From the NCBI GenBank assembly GCA_035285125.1, contig JAYKHR010000088.1:1-50273 (forward strand): a stretch of DNA of 50,273 bases, given 5' to 3'. The translations under genes were made by a program, and so were the position numbers. Of this stretch, positions 29,038-37,131 are shown one piece after another. Within the stretch, counting starts at the first letter, position 1; every line of letters starts with the position of its first letter. Source of the stretch: Candidatus Sericytochromatia bacterium (GTDB lineage: Bacteria; Cyanobacteriota; Sericytochromatia; S15B-MN24; JAQBPE01). Below the pieces are notes generated by a model. The model was not told where the DNA came from, did not search any database, and saw nothing but the letters and a program-made list of their open reading frames with translations.

Positions 29038-30162
29038 TCACGCCTCAGGCTGCTTCCCCCTCCCGAGCCACGTCCACAGCCGGGTGCCGGCCGCGAGCGC
29101 CACCAGCACCAGCACGACCGTGACGAAGGCCCCGACCAGCTGCGGCTGCCAGGCCAGCAGCAGCGCGACGCCCACGCCTCCCCAGGCCCGGTCGTACCAG
29201 GCCGACGACACGAGGGCCCGGCCGACCACCCAGCGTCGCAGCAGCCAGCCCACGAGCAGGAACAGGCCGCCGGCAAGCACCAACGTGGGCAGCACCACCA
29301 TCACGAGCCAGATCGTCGCCTGCAAGGCGCCAGCCAGAGAACCGGCCAGGGCCCGCTGGGCGTCCGCAACGGCGTTCTCCACGGCCGAAGGCAGGACGCC
29401 CCACGGCGAGTGGGTGACGGTCTGGACCTTCTCGCTCAGCGTCACCTCGATCGTGGCGAGTTCGACCTGGTTGGCCAGGTGGCGCAGCCGCCCCTGGGCC
29501 TGCTCGATCTCCCCGCTGACGCGCGAGAGCTGGCGCTCCACCTCGAGCACCTCCGTCAGCTTGCCCGTGCGATCGAGCATCTTGAGCAGCAACGCCTCCT
29601 CCTTGCGCAGGTTCTTGATGCGCGACTGCGTGTCGACGAAGCTGAGCGTCACGTCCTCGCTGCCGATGCTGCGAGCAAAGACCGTGCCGACGCCGCCGAT
29701 GGCGTCCAGCAGGGCGTCGAAGCGCTTGGCCGGGATCCGCAGCGTCAGCGTGGCGCTGGGCGTGTTGCCCTCTGCGGCCTGGTACGAGGAGTCGGCCACG
29801 AAGCCCCCCGTCTCCCGCGCCAGCAGCGCCACCTTGCGCATCCCCGCCCGCACGTCGGCCACCTGGACCGTCACGGCGCCCTTGCGGATGATGTACATGC
29901 CCGCCGTCACGTCGGGGGCCGCCTTGTCGCGCGCGGCCTCGTTGGCCGCCCCCGGGGGCGGGGCCTCGGCCGCCATGTCTGGGGCCGCGGCCTTCATCGC
30001 GACGCCCCCGCCGAGGCTGCGCCCCTCTTCGAGCGCCTGCCGGGAAGGCGCCGGCGCCTCGAGGGACGCCTCCACGGGCTCCTCCTTCACGGGGCCGCAG
30101 CCCGCAGCCAGCGGGGTGAGGGCGAGCGTCGCGGCGGCGGCAAGGCGGAGTAAGGGTCGCAT
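29038..30162 (-). CDS. DUF4349 domain lipoprotein / membrane protein
   Basis: Lipobox AAGC; GGFV..S, LTLRIP, EDVT..FVD, EVERQL and ATIEVTLSE motifs; C-terminal TM helices. Confidence 0.85.
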   Translation of the reverse strand: MRPLLRLAAAATLALTPLAAGCGPVKEEPVEASLEAPAPSRQALEEGRSLGGGVAMKAAAPDMAAEAPPPGAANEAARDKAAPDVTAGMYIIRKGAVTVQVADVRAGMRKVALLARETGGFVADSSYQAAEGNTPSATLTLRIPAKRFDALLDAIGGVGTVFARSIGSEDVTLSFVDTQSRIKNLRKEEALLLKMLDRTGKLTEVLEVERQLSRVSGEIEQAQGRLRHLANQVELATIEVTLSEKVQTVTHSPWGVLPSAVENAVADAQRALAGSLAGALQATIWLVMVVLPTLVLAGGLFLLVGWLLRRWVVGRALVSSAWYDRAWGGVGVALLLAWQPQLVGAFVTVVLVLVALAAGTRLWTWLGRGKQPEA

Positions 30163-30194
30163 GGGCACCTCTCAGGGCTGCGGGATTAACGGCG

Positions 30195-31481
30195 TCAGAG
30201 GATGGGCCCGAAGGGGCCAAAGGGGGGCGGCAGGTTGATCGGCGAGCGCACCGGCGTCGGGGGGAAGGTGTTCTGGATCGGGTTGCCGAGTTGCAGGCCG
30301 TTCTTGTCGAGGTACATCACCCAGACCCTGCAGCCCCCGGGCACAGGGCCGAAGTAGGCTCCGCCGACCAGCGGCAGCTCGCCGAGCTTGTCGCTCCGGT
30401 CCAGCGGCACGCCCTCTTCGACGCGCCGGAGGTGCAGCCTGGCAACGGCCGTGCCCGGCACCACCAGCTTGTTTTCAGCCGTCACGCACGGTTGGCCAAT
30501 CGGGGGCGGCTTCGGGGTGGCGCCAGGCGGCTGCGTCGGCTTTGCCGGCAGGCCGGCAGTCGCCTCGGGAGCGGGCGTGGGCTTCGGGGTGACCAACTTA
30601 CCGGCGTCCGTGGCCGCCGCCGCCGGGGTCGGGGCCGCGCCAGGCTCCGGCGATCGCCGCGCCGCCTCCTTGAGCTCGTCGAGGGACTCCCGGATGACGG
30701 CGAGCTCGGCCTTGACCTCGCCGAGCAGGTCGCGCAGGGCCGCGACCTCACGCACCAGCTCGTCCATCCGCGCCTTCACCGCGAGCAGGTCCGTGAAGTC
30801 GGGCAGGTTGTCGTCCCGCAGGCTGCGGGAGGCAGCCTCGGTGGCCTGCTGGAAGCGGGCCGGGTTGTAGTCGCCGATGTCCCCGCCTGGCAAGCCCTCC
30901 AGCACGTTCACCGTGACGAGCGTGCTGGCCGCGTCGATGGCCGTCGTCGCGCCGAGCTTGCCAACCTTCACGAGGGTGCGGAAGACGGCCGGCTTGCCGC
31001 GCAGCGTGTCGACCTCGGCCACCACGACGAACGTCATGGCGGGCGGCACCTGCGGCAGCTCGAAGCGGCCCGCCGCGTCCGTCCGCGCGGGCTCGAGGCC
31101 GGGGATCCGGTTGCCCCCGGCATCGGCCAGGTAGACGCGGGCCCCCTCGACCAGCGACGCCTGCATCTGCGCGAGGCGGTAGGCCGGCGGCAGCCCCCCG
31201 GCCCGGTCGGAGATCAGGCCGCCGGAGTTGTTCGCGACCAGCCCGGGCCCCCGGTCGCTGATGAGCTTCACGCTGGGCGCCAGGTCCAGCTTCGGCACGC
31301 GCAGCTCCCCCGAAACGGGCACCCGCAGCTCGCCCAGCGGCCTGGTGGCTGGGCCCCCGGAGGCCCCCGGACGTGGGCGGGAGGCGGCCGTCGGCGCGCC
31401 GGGCGCCTCAGCCGGAGGCGCCTGACAGGCCGAGACAGCCAGCAGGACAATCAACGCGCCAAGCTTGCAGGAACGCACCAC
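30195..31481 (-). CDS. Lipoprotein with LISDRGPG / LVANNSGG octapeptide repeats
   Basis: Lipobox VSAC; three octapeptide repeats; YRLAQ; TDAAGRF; IDAASTL; coiled-coil and Pro-rich linker; GTG 31481 follows a GAGG RBS. Confidence 0.78.
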   Translation of the reverse strand: MVRSCKLGALIVLLAVSACQAPPAEAPGAPTAASRPRPGASGGPATRPLGELRVPVSGELRVPKLDLAPSVKLISDRGPGLVANNSGGLISDRAGGLPPAYRLAQMQASLVEGARVYLADAGGNRIPGLEPARTDAAGRFELPQVPPAMTFVVVAEVDTLRGKPAVFRTLVKVGKLGATTAIDAASTLVTVNVLEGLPGGDIGDYNPARFQQATEAASRSLRDDNLPDFTDLLAVKARMDELVREVAALRDLLGEVKAELAVIRESLDELKEAARRSPEPGAAPTPAAAATDAGKLVTPKPTPAPEATAGLPAKPTQPPGATPKPPPIGQPCVTAENKLVVPGTAVARLHLRRVEEGVPLDRSDKLGELPLVGGAYFGPVPGGCRVWVMYLDKNGLQLGNPIQNTFPPTPVRSPINLPPPFGPFGPIL

Positions 31482-31560
31482 GGCACCTCGTGAGGGAGAG
31501 CTCGGCCCCCGACGGAAAGCCTCCGTCATGTACCCGCGCAAGGCTGCCTCGCTTCGGAGC

Positions 31561-31932
31561 TCAACGGCTCCGCGGCGGGGGGGAGGGCGCCGTCAGCGTG
31601 AGCGCCGCTGGCCTCGCAGGCGGCTGTTCGGGACCGTAGTGCCTGGCCAGCCAGTCGGCGAGCACGGCCTGCTCTTTCGCGTCGAGGGGCGCCCCCCAGC
31701 GGACCATCTTCGTCACCTCCTTGTGCCACTGCGCGGCCGTGAGGCGCTGACCGACGATCAGCTCGGCCTGGTGGCAGAAGAGGCAGCGCGTCGTGACCAG
31801 CTCCCGCCCGGCGCCGGGGGGCCAGGCGACGGTGGGGGGCGGCGGCGACGTGAAGGCGCCAGGCGGCGTGGCCCCGAGCAGAAGCGGGGTGAGCACCAGG
31901 CCGACAAGGGCGGCCACCCTGGCCTCACGCAT
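31561..31932 (-). CDS. Monoheme cytochrome c (SorB-like sulfite dehydrogenase partner)
   Basis: Signal peptide, CLFCH heme motif and W..EVTKM..WGAP; overlaps the stop of the sulfite oxidase gene. Confidence 0.85.
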   Translation of the reverse strand: MREARVAALVGLVLTPLLLGATPPGAFTSPPPPTVAWPPGAGRELVTTRCLFCHQAELIVGQRLTAAQWHKEVTKMVRWGAPLDAKEQAVLADWLARHYGPEQPPARPAALTLTAPSPPPRSR

Positions 31933-33142
31933 GCAGGTGCACCTCCACCACGTCCGCCGTGTTCCACTGGTAGCCGCTCGGGTTCCACGGCGAGGCCTCC
32001 ACGGGCTGCGTGCGCCCCTGCGAGTCCGTCGCGCGGGCGCGCAGCCGCAGCAGGCCGCCCGGGTGTCCGGCCGGCGGCGTCCAATCCAGGGCGAAGCGGC
32101 GCCAGGCGTAGGGCCTGGCCTCCCCGAGCAGGCGCGCGGGCAGCCACGACAGGCCGTCATCCACCGACACCTCCACCCCCGTCACGATGGCCTCACCCCC
32201 CGTCCACGCGGCCCCCCTGATCGGCACGGGCGCCCGCGGCAGCCTGGCGCCCGCCAGCGGGGCCGTGATCAGGCCCTTCACGAGCAGCTCGTCCATTGGC
32301 GCCATCGCCTCTGGCGCGACGGCCTCCCCGGGCGTGACGGGCCGCGTCGGGTAGCGGTAGGCCGTGCGGTAGAAGAAGCCCTCGAAGGGCTCTGCCTGCA
32401 CCCGCACCAGACCGACCCACTTCACCCAGTCGTCGCCCACCCAGCCGGGCACGACGACGCGCACGGGGTGACCGTGCAGCACGGGCAGGGGCTCCCCGTT
32501 CATTTCATAGGCCAGCAGCGTGTCCGGGTGAAGCGCCTTGGCGAGCGGCACGGACCGGCCGAAGCGCGGCGTCGTGGGCAGCACCGGCTGGTCAGCCCCC
32601 TGTAGCACCACATGGGCCGCCCCCGCCTTCAGGCCCGCCCGCTCCAGCACGTCCCTCAGCCGCGCCCCGGCCCAGCGGGCGTTCCCCACGGCGCCTCGCT
32701 CCCAGGGCACGCCCGGCACGCGCGGCCGGTAAAAGGCCCGCCCGTTGCCGGAGCACTGCAGCACAGCCGTGACCTCGTGCCGGGGCAGCGCCCGGAGCTC
32801 AGCCAGCGACAGGGCCGCCGGCCGCTCCACCAGGCCCTCGACCTGCAGCCGCCAGGCAGCGGTGTCCAGCACGGGTTCGTCGTGGTGGGTCCGGACGAAG
32901 AAGTGCCGTGTGGGCGTGAGGTCCGCATCGAGCAGGGCGACGGGCGTCTCGAGGTCCAACGGCCGGCTCGACCGGACGAGGAGGCCCTCCTTCACCACCC
33001 GCCCCGGGGAGCGCGCCTCGGCGGCCTGCGCGCAGGTGGTGAGGAGACCCAGGAGGCCCGGGCCCGCGGCGGCAAGCCCACAGGCCCCCGCCAGCGTCCC
33101 CAGGAAGGCCCGGCGATCCATCCCGGCGCGTGTCCCCGTCAT
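31925..33142 (-). CDS. Tat-exported sulfite oxidase family molybdoenzyme (SorA/SoxC-like)
   Basis: DRRAFL twin-arginine motif; FFVRTH, LQCSGNGR (Mo-ligand Cys), AYEMNGEPLP..HG.PVR..VPGW.G..WVKW and WNPSGY motifs. Confidence 0.93.
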   Translation of the reverse strand: MTGTRAGMDRRAFLGTLAGACGLAAAGPGLLGLLTTCAQAAEARSPGRVVKEGLLVRSSRPLDLETPVALLDADLTPTRHFFVRTHHDEPVLDTAAWRLQVEGLVERPAALSLAELRALPRHEVTAVLQCSGNGRAFYRPRVPGVPWERGAVGNARWAGARLRDVLERAGLKAGAAHVVLQGADQPVLPTTPRFGRSVPLAKALHPDTLLAYEMNGEPLPVLHGHPVRVVVPGWVGDDWVKWVGLVRVQAEPFEGFFYRTAYRYPTRPVTPGEAVAPEAMAPMDELLVKGLITAPLAGARLPRAPVPIRGAAWTGGEAIVTGVEVSVDDGLSWLPARLLGEARPYAWRRFALDWTPPAGHPGGLLRLRARATDSQGRTQPVEASPWNPSGYQWNTADVVEVHLHA

Positions 33143-33145
33143 GCC

Positions 33146-34180
33146 TTACACCCCCACCGTCTTGATCAGGCCGTAGACCAGCGCGAACAGCGCCACGAAC
33201 CCCGTCACGCCGACCGCGAGGGTCTTGAGGCCCGCGCGCCGCACCTGTGCGAGGTCGGTGGCGCAGCCCATCGCCGCCATCGCCACGGCCATCGCGAAGA
33301 TGCTGGCCTGCACCATAGCCCCCTGCACGGCCGTCGGGAGCCAGCCGGCGCTGTTGAGCGCGCCCACGGCCAGGAACCCCAGCACGAAGTAAGGCACGGG
33401 CGGGTTCGCCAGCGAGAAATTCGCGGCGAGGTCGCCGGCAAGGTGATCCTCGGAGGCGCGACGCCAGTACCACCCGACGATCAGCAGCGCCGGCGCAAGC
33501 AGCACCACCCGCGTGAGCTTGACCACCGTCCCCATGTCGCCGCTCACGTTCCCCCACGTGAAGGCCGCGGCGATCACCTGCGCCACCTCGTGCAGCGTGC
33601 CCCCCGTCAGCACGCCGAGCTCCCGGGGCGTGAGCCCCAGCAGGCCCCCGACGGCCACATAGAAGAACACCCCCGCCGTGCCCAGAAGCCCCATCATCGC
33701 CAGGGCGAGCGAGGTGTCCTCCTCGTTCGCGCGCGTGACGCTCGAGGCCGCAGCCACGGCGCTCGCCCCGCAGATGCCGGTGCCGACGGCGAGCAGCATC
33801 CCGAGGTGCCGGGGCAGGCCGATGCGCACCGCGAGGGCAAACATCCCCACGATCGCCACCGCGATCACGAGCACCGAGAGGGCCAGCAGCTTCGGGCCAG
33901 CGGTCCACAGCACGCCGTAGTCCAGGCGGGCCCCCATCAGCACGATGCCCGCCCGCAGCACGGGCCGGGACGACAGGCGCAGCCCGGCCCAGGCGACGTC
34001 GGGCACGCCAGCCGTCGCCCGCCACCCGATGCCCAGCAGCAGCGCGAGCGACAGCGGCCCCATCACCGCCAGGCCCGGGAGTTGCGCCAGTCCGAAGCCC
34101 ACCGCGGCGAGGACCACGGCGAGCCCGACCCCGAGCCAGGGGGCAGTGGGGGCCGAGACGGATGCGTCAGGCGCGGACAT
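33146..34180 (-). CDS. yeiH: YeiH / UPF0324 (PSE family) putative sulfite/sulfate exporter
   Basis: LRAGIVLMG, GTGICGASAVAA, TLHEVAQV, VKLTRVVLL and AMAAMG motifs. Confidence 0.9.
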   Translation of the reverse strand: MSAPDASVSAPTAPWLGVGLAVVLAAVGFGLAQLPGLAVMGPLSLALLLGIGWRATAGVPDVAWAGLRLSSRPVLRAGIVLMGARLDYGVLWTAGPKLLALSVLVIAVAIVGMFALAVRIGLPRHLGMLLAVGTGICGASAVAAASSVTRANEEDTSLALAMMGLLGTAGVFFYVAVGGLLGLTPRELGVLTGGTLHEVAQVIAAAFTWGNVSGDMGTVVKLTRVVLLAPALLIVGWYWRRASEDHLAGDLAANFSLANPPVPYFVLGFLAVGALNSAGWLPTAVQGAMVQASIFAMAVAMAAMGCATDLAQVRRAGLKTLAVGVTGFVALFALVYGLIKTVGV

Positions 34181-34223
34181 GGCGGGGTGGACCTCCTGTG
34201 CCCCACCTGGCTGGCTGGGGGCC

Positions 34224-34256
34224 TTGAAACTATATCACTATATGGTAATATAGTTT
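34224..34256. promoter_or_regulatory. Divergent promoter with palindromic operator ATATCACTATATGGTAATAT
   Basis: 30-bp imperfect palindrome AAACTATATCACTATATGGTAATATAGTTT (34227-34256); core matches 26380-26399 at 18 of 20 positions. Confidence 0.75.
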
Positions 34257-34293
34257 TAGTTGGCAACCCCCTCGACGCTGGAGGTCTCCTCGC

Positions 34294-34626
34294 ATGTTGG
34301 ACTGGTTGTTGGGCAAACGGAGCGGTGACGGGATGCACGCGAGCACGCTTCCCGCCAAGCTGGCCGAGGCGGCGCCGCCGCAGGTCCTGGATGTCCGGGA
34401 GCCCTCCGAGTGGGCCGCCGGTCACATCCCAGGCGCCCGGCACGTCCCGCTGGGCCAGCTGCCAGAGCGCTGGCGCGAGCTGCCCACGGACCGCCCGCTG
34501 GCGGTGATCTGCCGCAGCGGCGCCCGCAGCGCGCGGGCCGTGGCCTTCCTGCGCGACCAGGGCCTCGCGGCGCACAACGTCGAGGGTGGAATGCTCGCCT
34601 GGCCCGGCCCGGTGGCCCACGACTGA
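34294..34626 (+). CDS. Single-domain rhodanese
   Basis: LDVREPSEW, GHIPGA, CRSGARS and NVEGGMLAW motifs; GGAGG RBS. Confidence 0.93.
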   Translation: MLDWLLGKRSGDGMHASTLPAKLAEAAPPQVLDVREPSEWAAGHIPGARHVPLGQLPERWRELPTDRPLAVICRSGARSARAVAFLRDQGLAAHNVEGGMLAWPGPVAHD

Positions 34627-34639
34627 CGGCCCTGGCGCC

Positions 34640-35449
34640 TCACGGCAGCTTCGGCGGCGTGAGAGACGGCGCGGAGGCCCCAGGCGGCGGCGGCGCGCCG
34701 GGGGCCCCCGGGGCTCCGGGGGGGGCTCCGGACGCGCCCGGGGCGGGTGCCCCGCCCGCAGGCCTCGGGGGCGGAGGTGGCGGGGGCGCGAAGGGATCCT
34801 TGAGTTCCACCGGCCACCGCCTGTCGGCCATGTCCCCGATGCGGATCCGCCGGACGGTCGGCAACACCCTCGCCGGCACCAGCACGTAGGGCGTCTCGCC
34901 GGCGGGCAGGGGCATCAGCTGCAGCAGGCTCGGTGGCGTGTCGGGCAGGGGCCGCAGCACGGTGGCTGGGAAGAAGTGCTGCTCCACGGGCGGAAAGTGG
35001 CTGGGGGCCCGCGTGTTGAAGACACCATCGGCGTGCACCGGCTTGCCCCCCGCATCCAGCAGGGTCGCCCTCAGCCGCTCATCGCCTTGACGGGCGTACA
35101 CGGCCGCCCTGGCCAGCGCGCCGGGGCCGTGCGGGGCCTGAACCAGCGCGTCGTGCAGCGCCTTGTAGCGACCGTACCAGGCGGCATTGAAGGCGATCGT
35201 GAAGGCCTCGAGACGCACGCGCACGAGCCCGGGCGCCGCCGGGTCCAGCTCGGGACGGGCCGAGTAGGAGACGTCGAAGGCCCCGGTGCCCCACTCGTCC
35301 AGCAGGGCCTTCAGGCGCTTCTCGTCCTCCAAGGCAGGCTTGAGATCCAGCTGCAGCTGGACGTCCTGTTCCTGGGCCGCGAGGCCCACCTGGGACGTCC
35401 CCGCCAGCCCGAGCAGGGCCAGCCCGACCCGACACACGGCCCGCCACAC
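34640..35449 (-). CDS. Hypothetical secreted protein with Pro-rich tail
   Basis: Signal-peptide-like N-terminus; starts 4 nt after the AAA gene stop. Confidence 0.65.
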   Translation of the reverse strand: MWRAVCRVGLALLGLAGTSQVGLAAQEQDVQLQLDLKPALEDEKRLKALLDEWGTGAFDVSYSARPELDPAAPGLVRVRLEAFTIAFNAAWYGRYKALHDALVQAPHGPGALARAAVYARQGDERLRATLLDAGGKPVHADGVFNTRAPSHFPPVEQHFFPATVLRPLPDTPPSLLQLMPLPAGETPYVLVPARVLPTVRRIRIGDMADRRWPVELKDPFAPPPPPPPRPAGGAPAPGASGAPPGAPGAPGAPPPPGASAPSLTPPKLP

Positions 35450-35453
35450 GGGG

Positions 35454-36047
35454 CTAGGACACCACGGCGCCGAGGGCCCGCTCGATGGCCTCGATCCGGA
35501 CGGCGAGGGTGGGGTGGTTCACCACGTGCAGGCGGGGCCCGAGGCGCTCCCGCCAGGAGGCCACCAGCACCTCCAGGATCGTGTGGAAGGAGGCCTGGAA
35601 CGCCGGGTCCGTGATCCGTTCGCCGTCATCGACGATCGGGAACATCGGGGGGATGACGACGAGCATGTCGTAGGCGGGCAGCCGGTCCTCCACGGCGCGG
35701 CGGTAGCGGCGCTTCTCGTCCTGGGACCAGCCGTGCAAGGGGCCGAAGTACTCGAAGTGGCAGAGCGAATCGATCGGACAGCGATCGGAGATGTAGCCCG
35801 TCTCGACGTGGAGGTCCTCCGCCTCGATCTGCCGCTCCAGGATCGCCCACTGGAAGTCCAGGCGCCGATCCTCCGGGACGGTGGCGGGCGTGTAGCCCCA
35901 GGCCCGGGCCACCTCGCGGGAGCGCTCTGGCAGCAGCGGGAGCCTGAAGGCCTCTGCCAAGGCGCGCGCCAGCGTCGTCTTTCCGACGCACGGCGCCCCC
36001 GTCAAGGCAAGGCGGGGCGCCCGGCCTGAACGTACCTCGCTGATCAT
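35454..36047 (-). CDS. AAA_28 / NadR-Ttd14-like P-loop ATPase or kinase
   Basis: GAPCVGKTT Walker A, ISDRCPID and DDGER motifs; GGAGG RBS before ATG 36047. Confidence 0.85.
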   Translation of the reverse strand: MISEVRSGRAPRLALTGAPCVGKTTLARALAEAFRLPLLPERSREVARAWGYTPATVPEDRRLDFQWAILERQIEAEDLHVETGYISDRCPIDSLCHFEYFGPLHGWSQDEKRRYRRAVEDRLPAYDMLVVIPPMFPIVDDGERITDPAFQASFHTILEVLVASWRERLGPRLHVVNHPTLAVRIEAIERALGAVVS

Positions 36048-36357
36048 CCCACGCCCTCCGCTGCGACACGCACCGGGTTCCTCTATGCCCAACCGCGCGT
36101 CCCTTGTAGCCACCGACGAGGCCCCCCGAGGCCGCATTTCTGACACATCCCGCTGGCGTGATCCTGCGACAGGGCCCGGTGCCTGCGGGGGGCGCCGCCC
36201 CCCGGGATGCGTCGCGTTCCAGGGTTCAGGGCACCCTCGCGTGCCGGGCAAGCGAGATCCGTGCTTACATGAAGCGCTTTGCCACGTGCGGGCCGCGCGA
36301 CGGCCGCGCGATGCTGGCTTGAACCAGGCCTTGCCTACATCGAAAGGATCCACCGAC

Positions 36358-36957
36358 ATGTCCCGCCTGCTTCCTTGCTTCCTGGCACTCGGCCTGCTCA
36401 CGGCCACCGGATGCGCCACCCTCTCGCCTGCCCTGGCGCCGATGGAGGCGGCCAAGGGCACGGTGACGGTGACGGTCAAGGTGTTCGCCCCCGCCACCCA
36501 GGTGGCGCTCATCGCCGCCGGCGGCCTGAACTACCGCCTGTCGGCCCGCCCCGACGAGGCCCCCGTGCCCGGGGCCAAGGTCAGCTACGGCACGGGCAAG
36601 TCGGCCATCACCGACACCACCGGCGAGGCCAAGCTGGAGCTGGCCCCGATGGGCGTCCACAAGCTCACGGTCTCCTACAAGCTCAAGTCGGGTGAGGTCG
36701 TCAGCCTGCCTGCCGTCGGTCTGACCGGCAGCGAAGCGAGCAGCCAGGACCTCGACGCCGCCAACATCATGGTGGCAGCCGCCATCAACAAGAAGGGCAG
36801 CTCGCCCGCGGCGCCCATGGTCGGCGCGGCGGTCGGCGCGATGGGCCTGGGCCTGGAAGGCACGCCCAGGGTGCCGGAGTTCACCAACGAGGCCGCTGCC
36901 CTCAAGGCCTTCGACGAGCTCGCCACGCCTGCGATCAAGGAGCTCCTGGGCCTCTAG
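36358..36957 (+). CDS. Lipoprotein with a single LIAAGGLN motif
   Basis: AAAGGA RBS; lipobox ATGC; LIAAGGLN-YRLSA; TDTTG; LDAANI. Confidence 0.8.
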   Translation: MSRLLPCFLALGLLTATGCATLSPALAPMEAAKGTVTVTVKVFAPATQVALIAAGGLNYRLSARPDEAPVPGAKVSYGTGKSAITDTTGEAKLELAPMGVHKLTVSYKLKSGEVVSLPAVGLTGSEASSQDLDAANIMVAAAINKKGSSPAAPMVGAAVGAMGLGLEGTPRVPEFTNEAAALKAFDELATPAIKELLGL

Positions 36958-36991
36958 GCCACGCCCGCGCAGCACGACCCCCGTGACGCCG

Positions 36992-37034
36992 TCGCCTCCC
37001 TCCATCGGCCCGCCCGGCCGGAGGAGGGAGGCGA
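36992..37034 (+). terminator. Hairpin downstream of the lipoprotein gene
   Basis: 12-bp arms TCGCCTCCCTCC / GGAGGGAGGCGA; no U-tract. Confidence 0.45.
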
Positions 37035-37131
37035 GTGCGGACCGGGTCAGGTGCGTCGGGTCATTAAGTCTTGATTAAGAACGGGTAATCCCTTATGATT
37101 AACGGGTCCCTCACCGCTTGGAGGTAGATCC

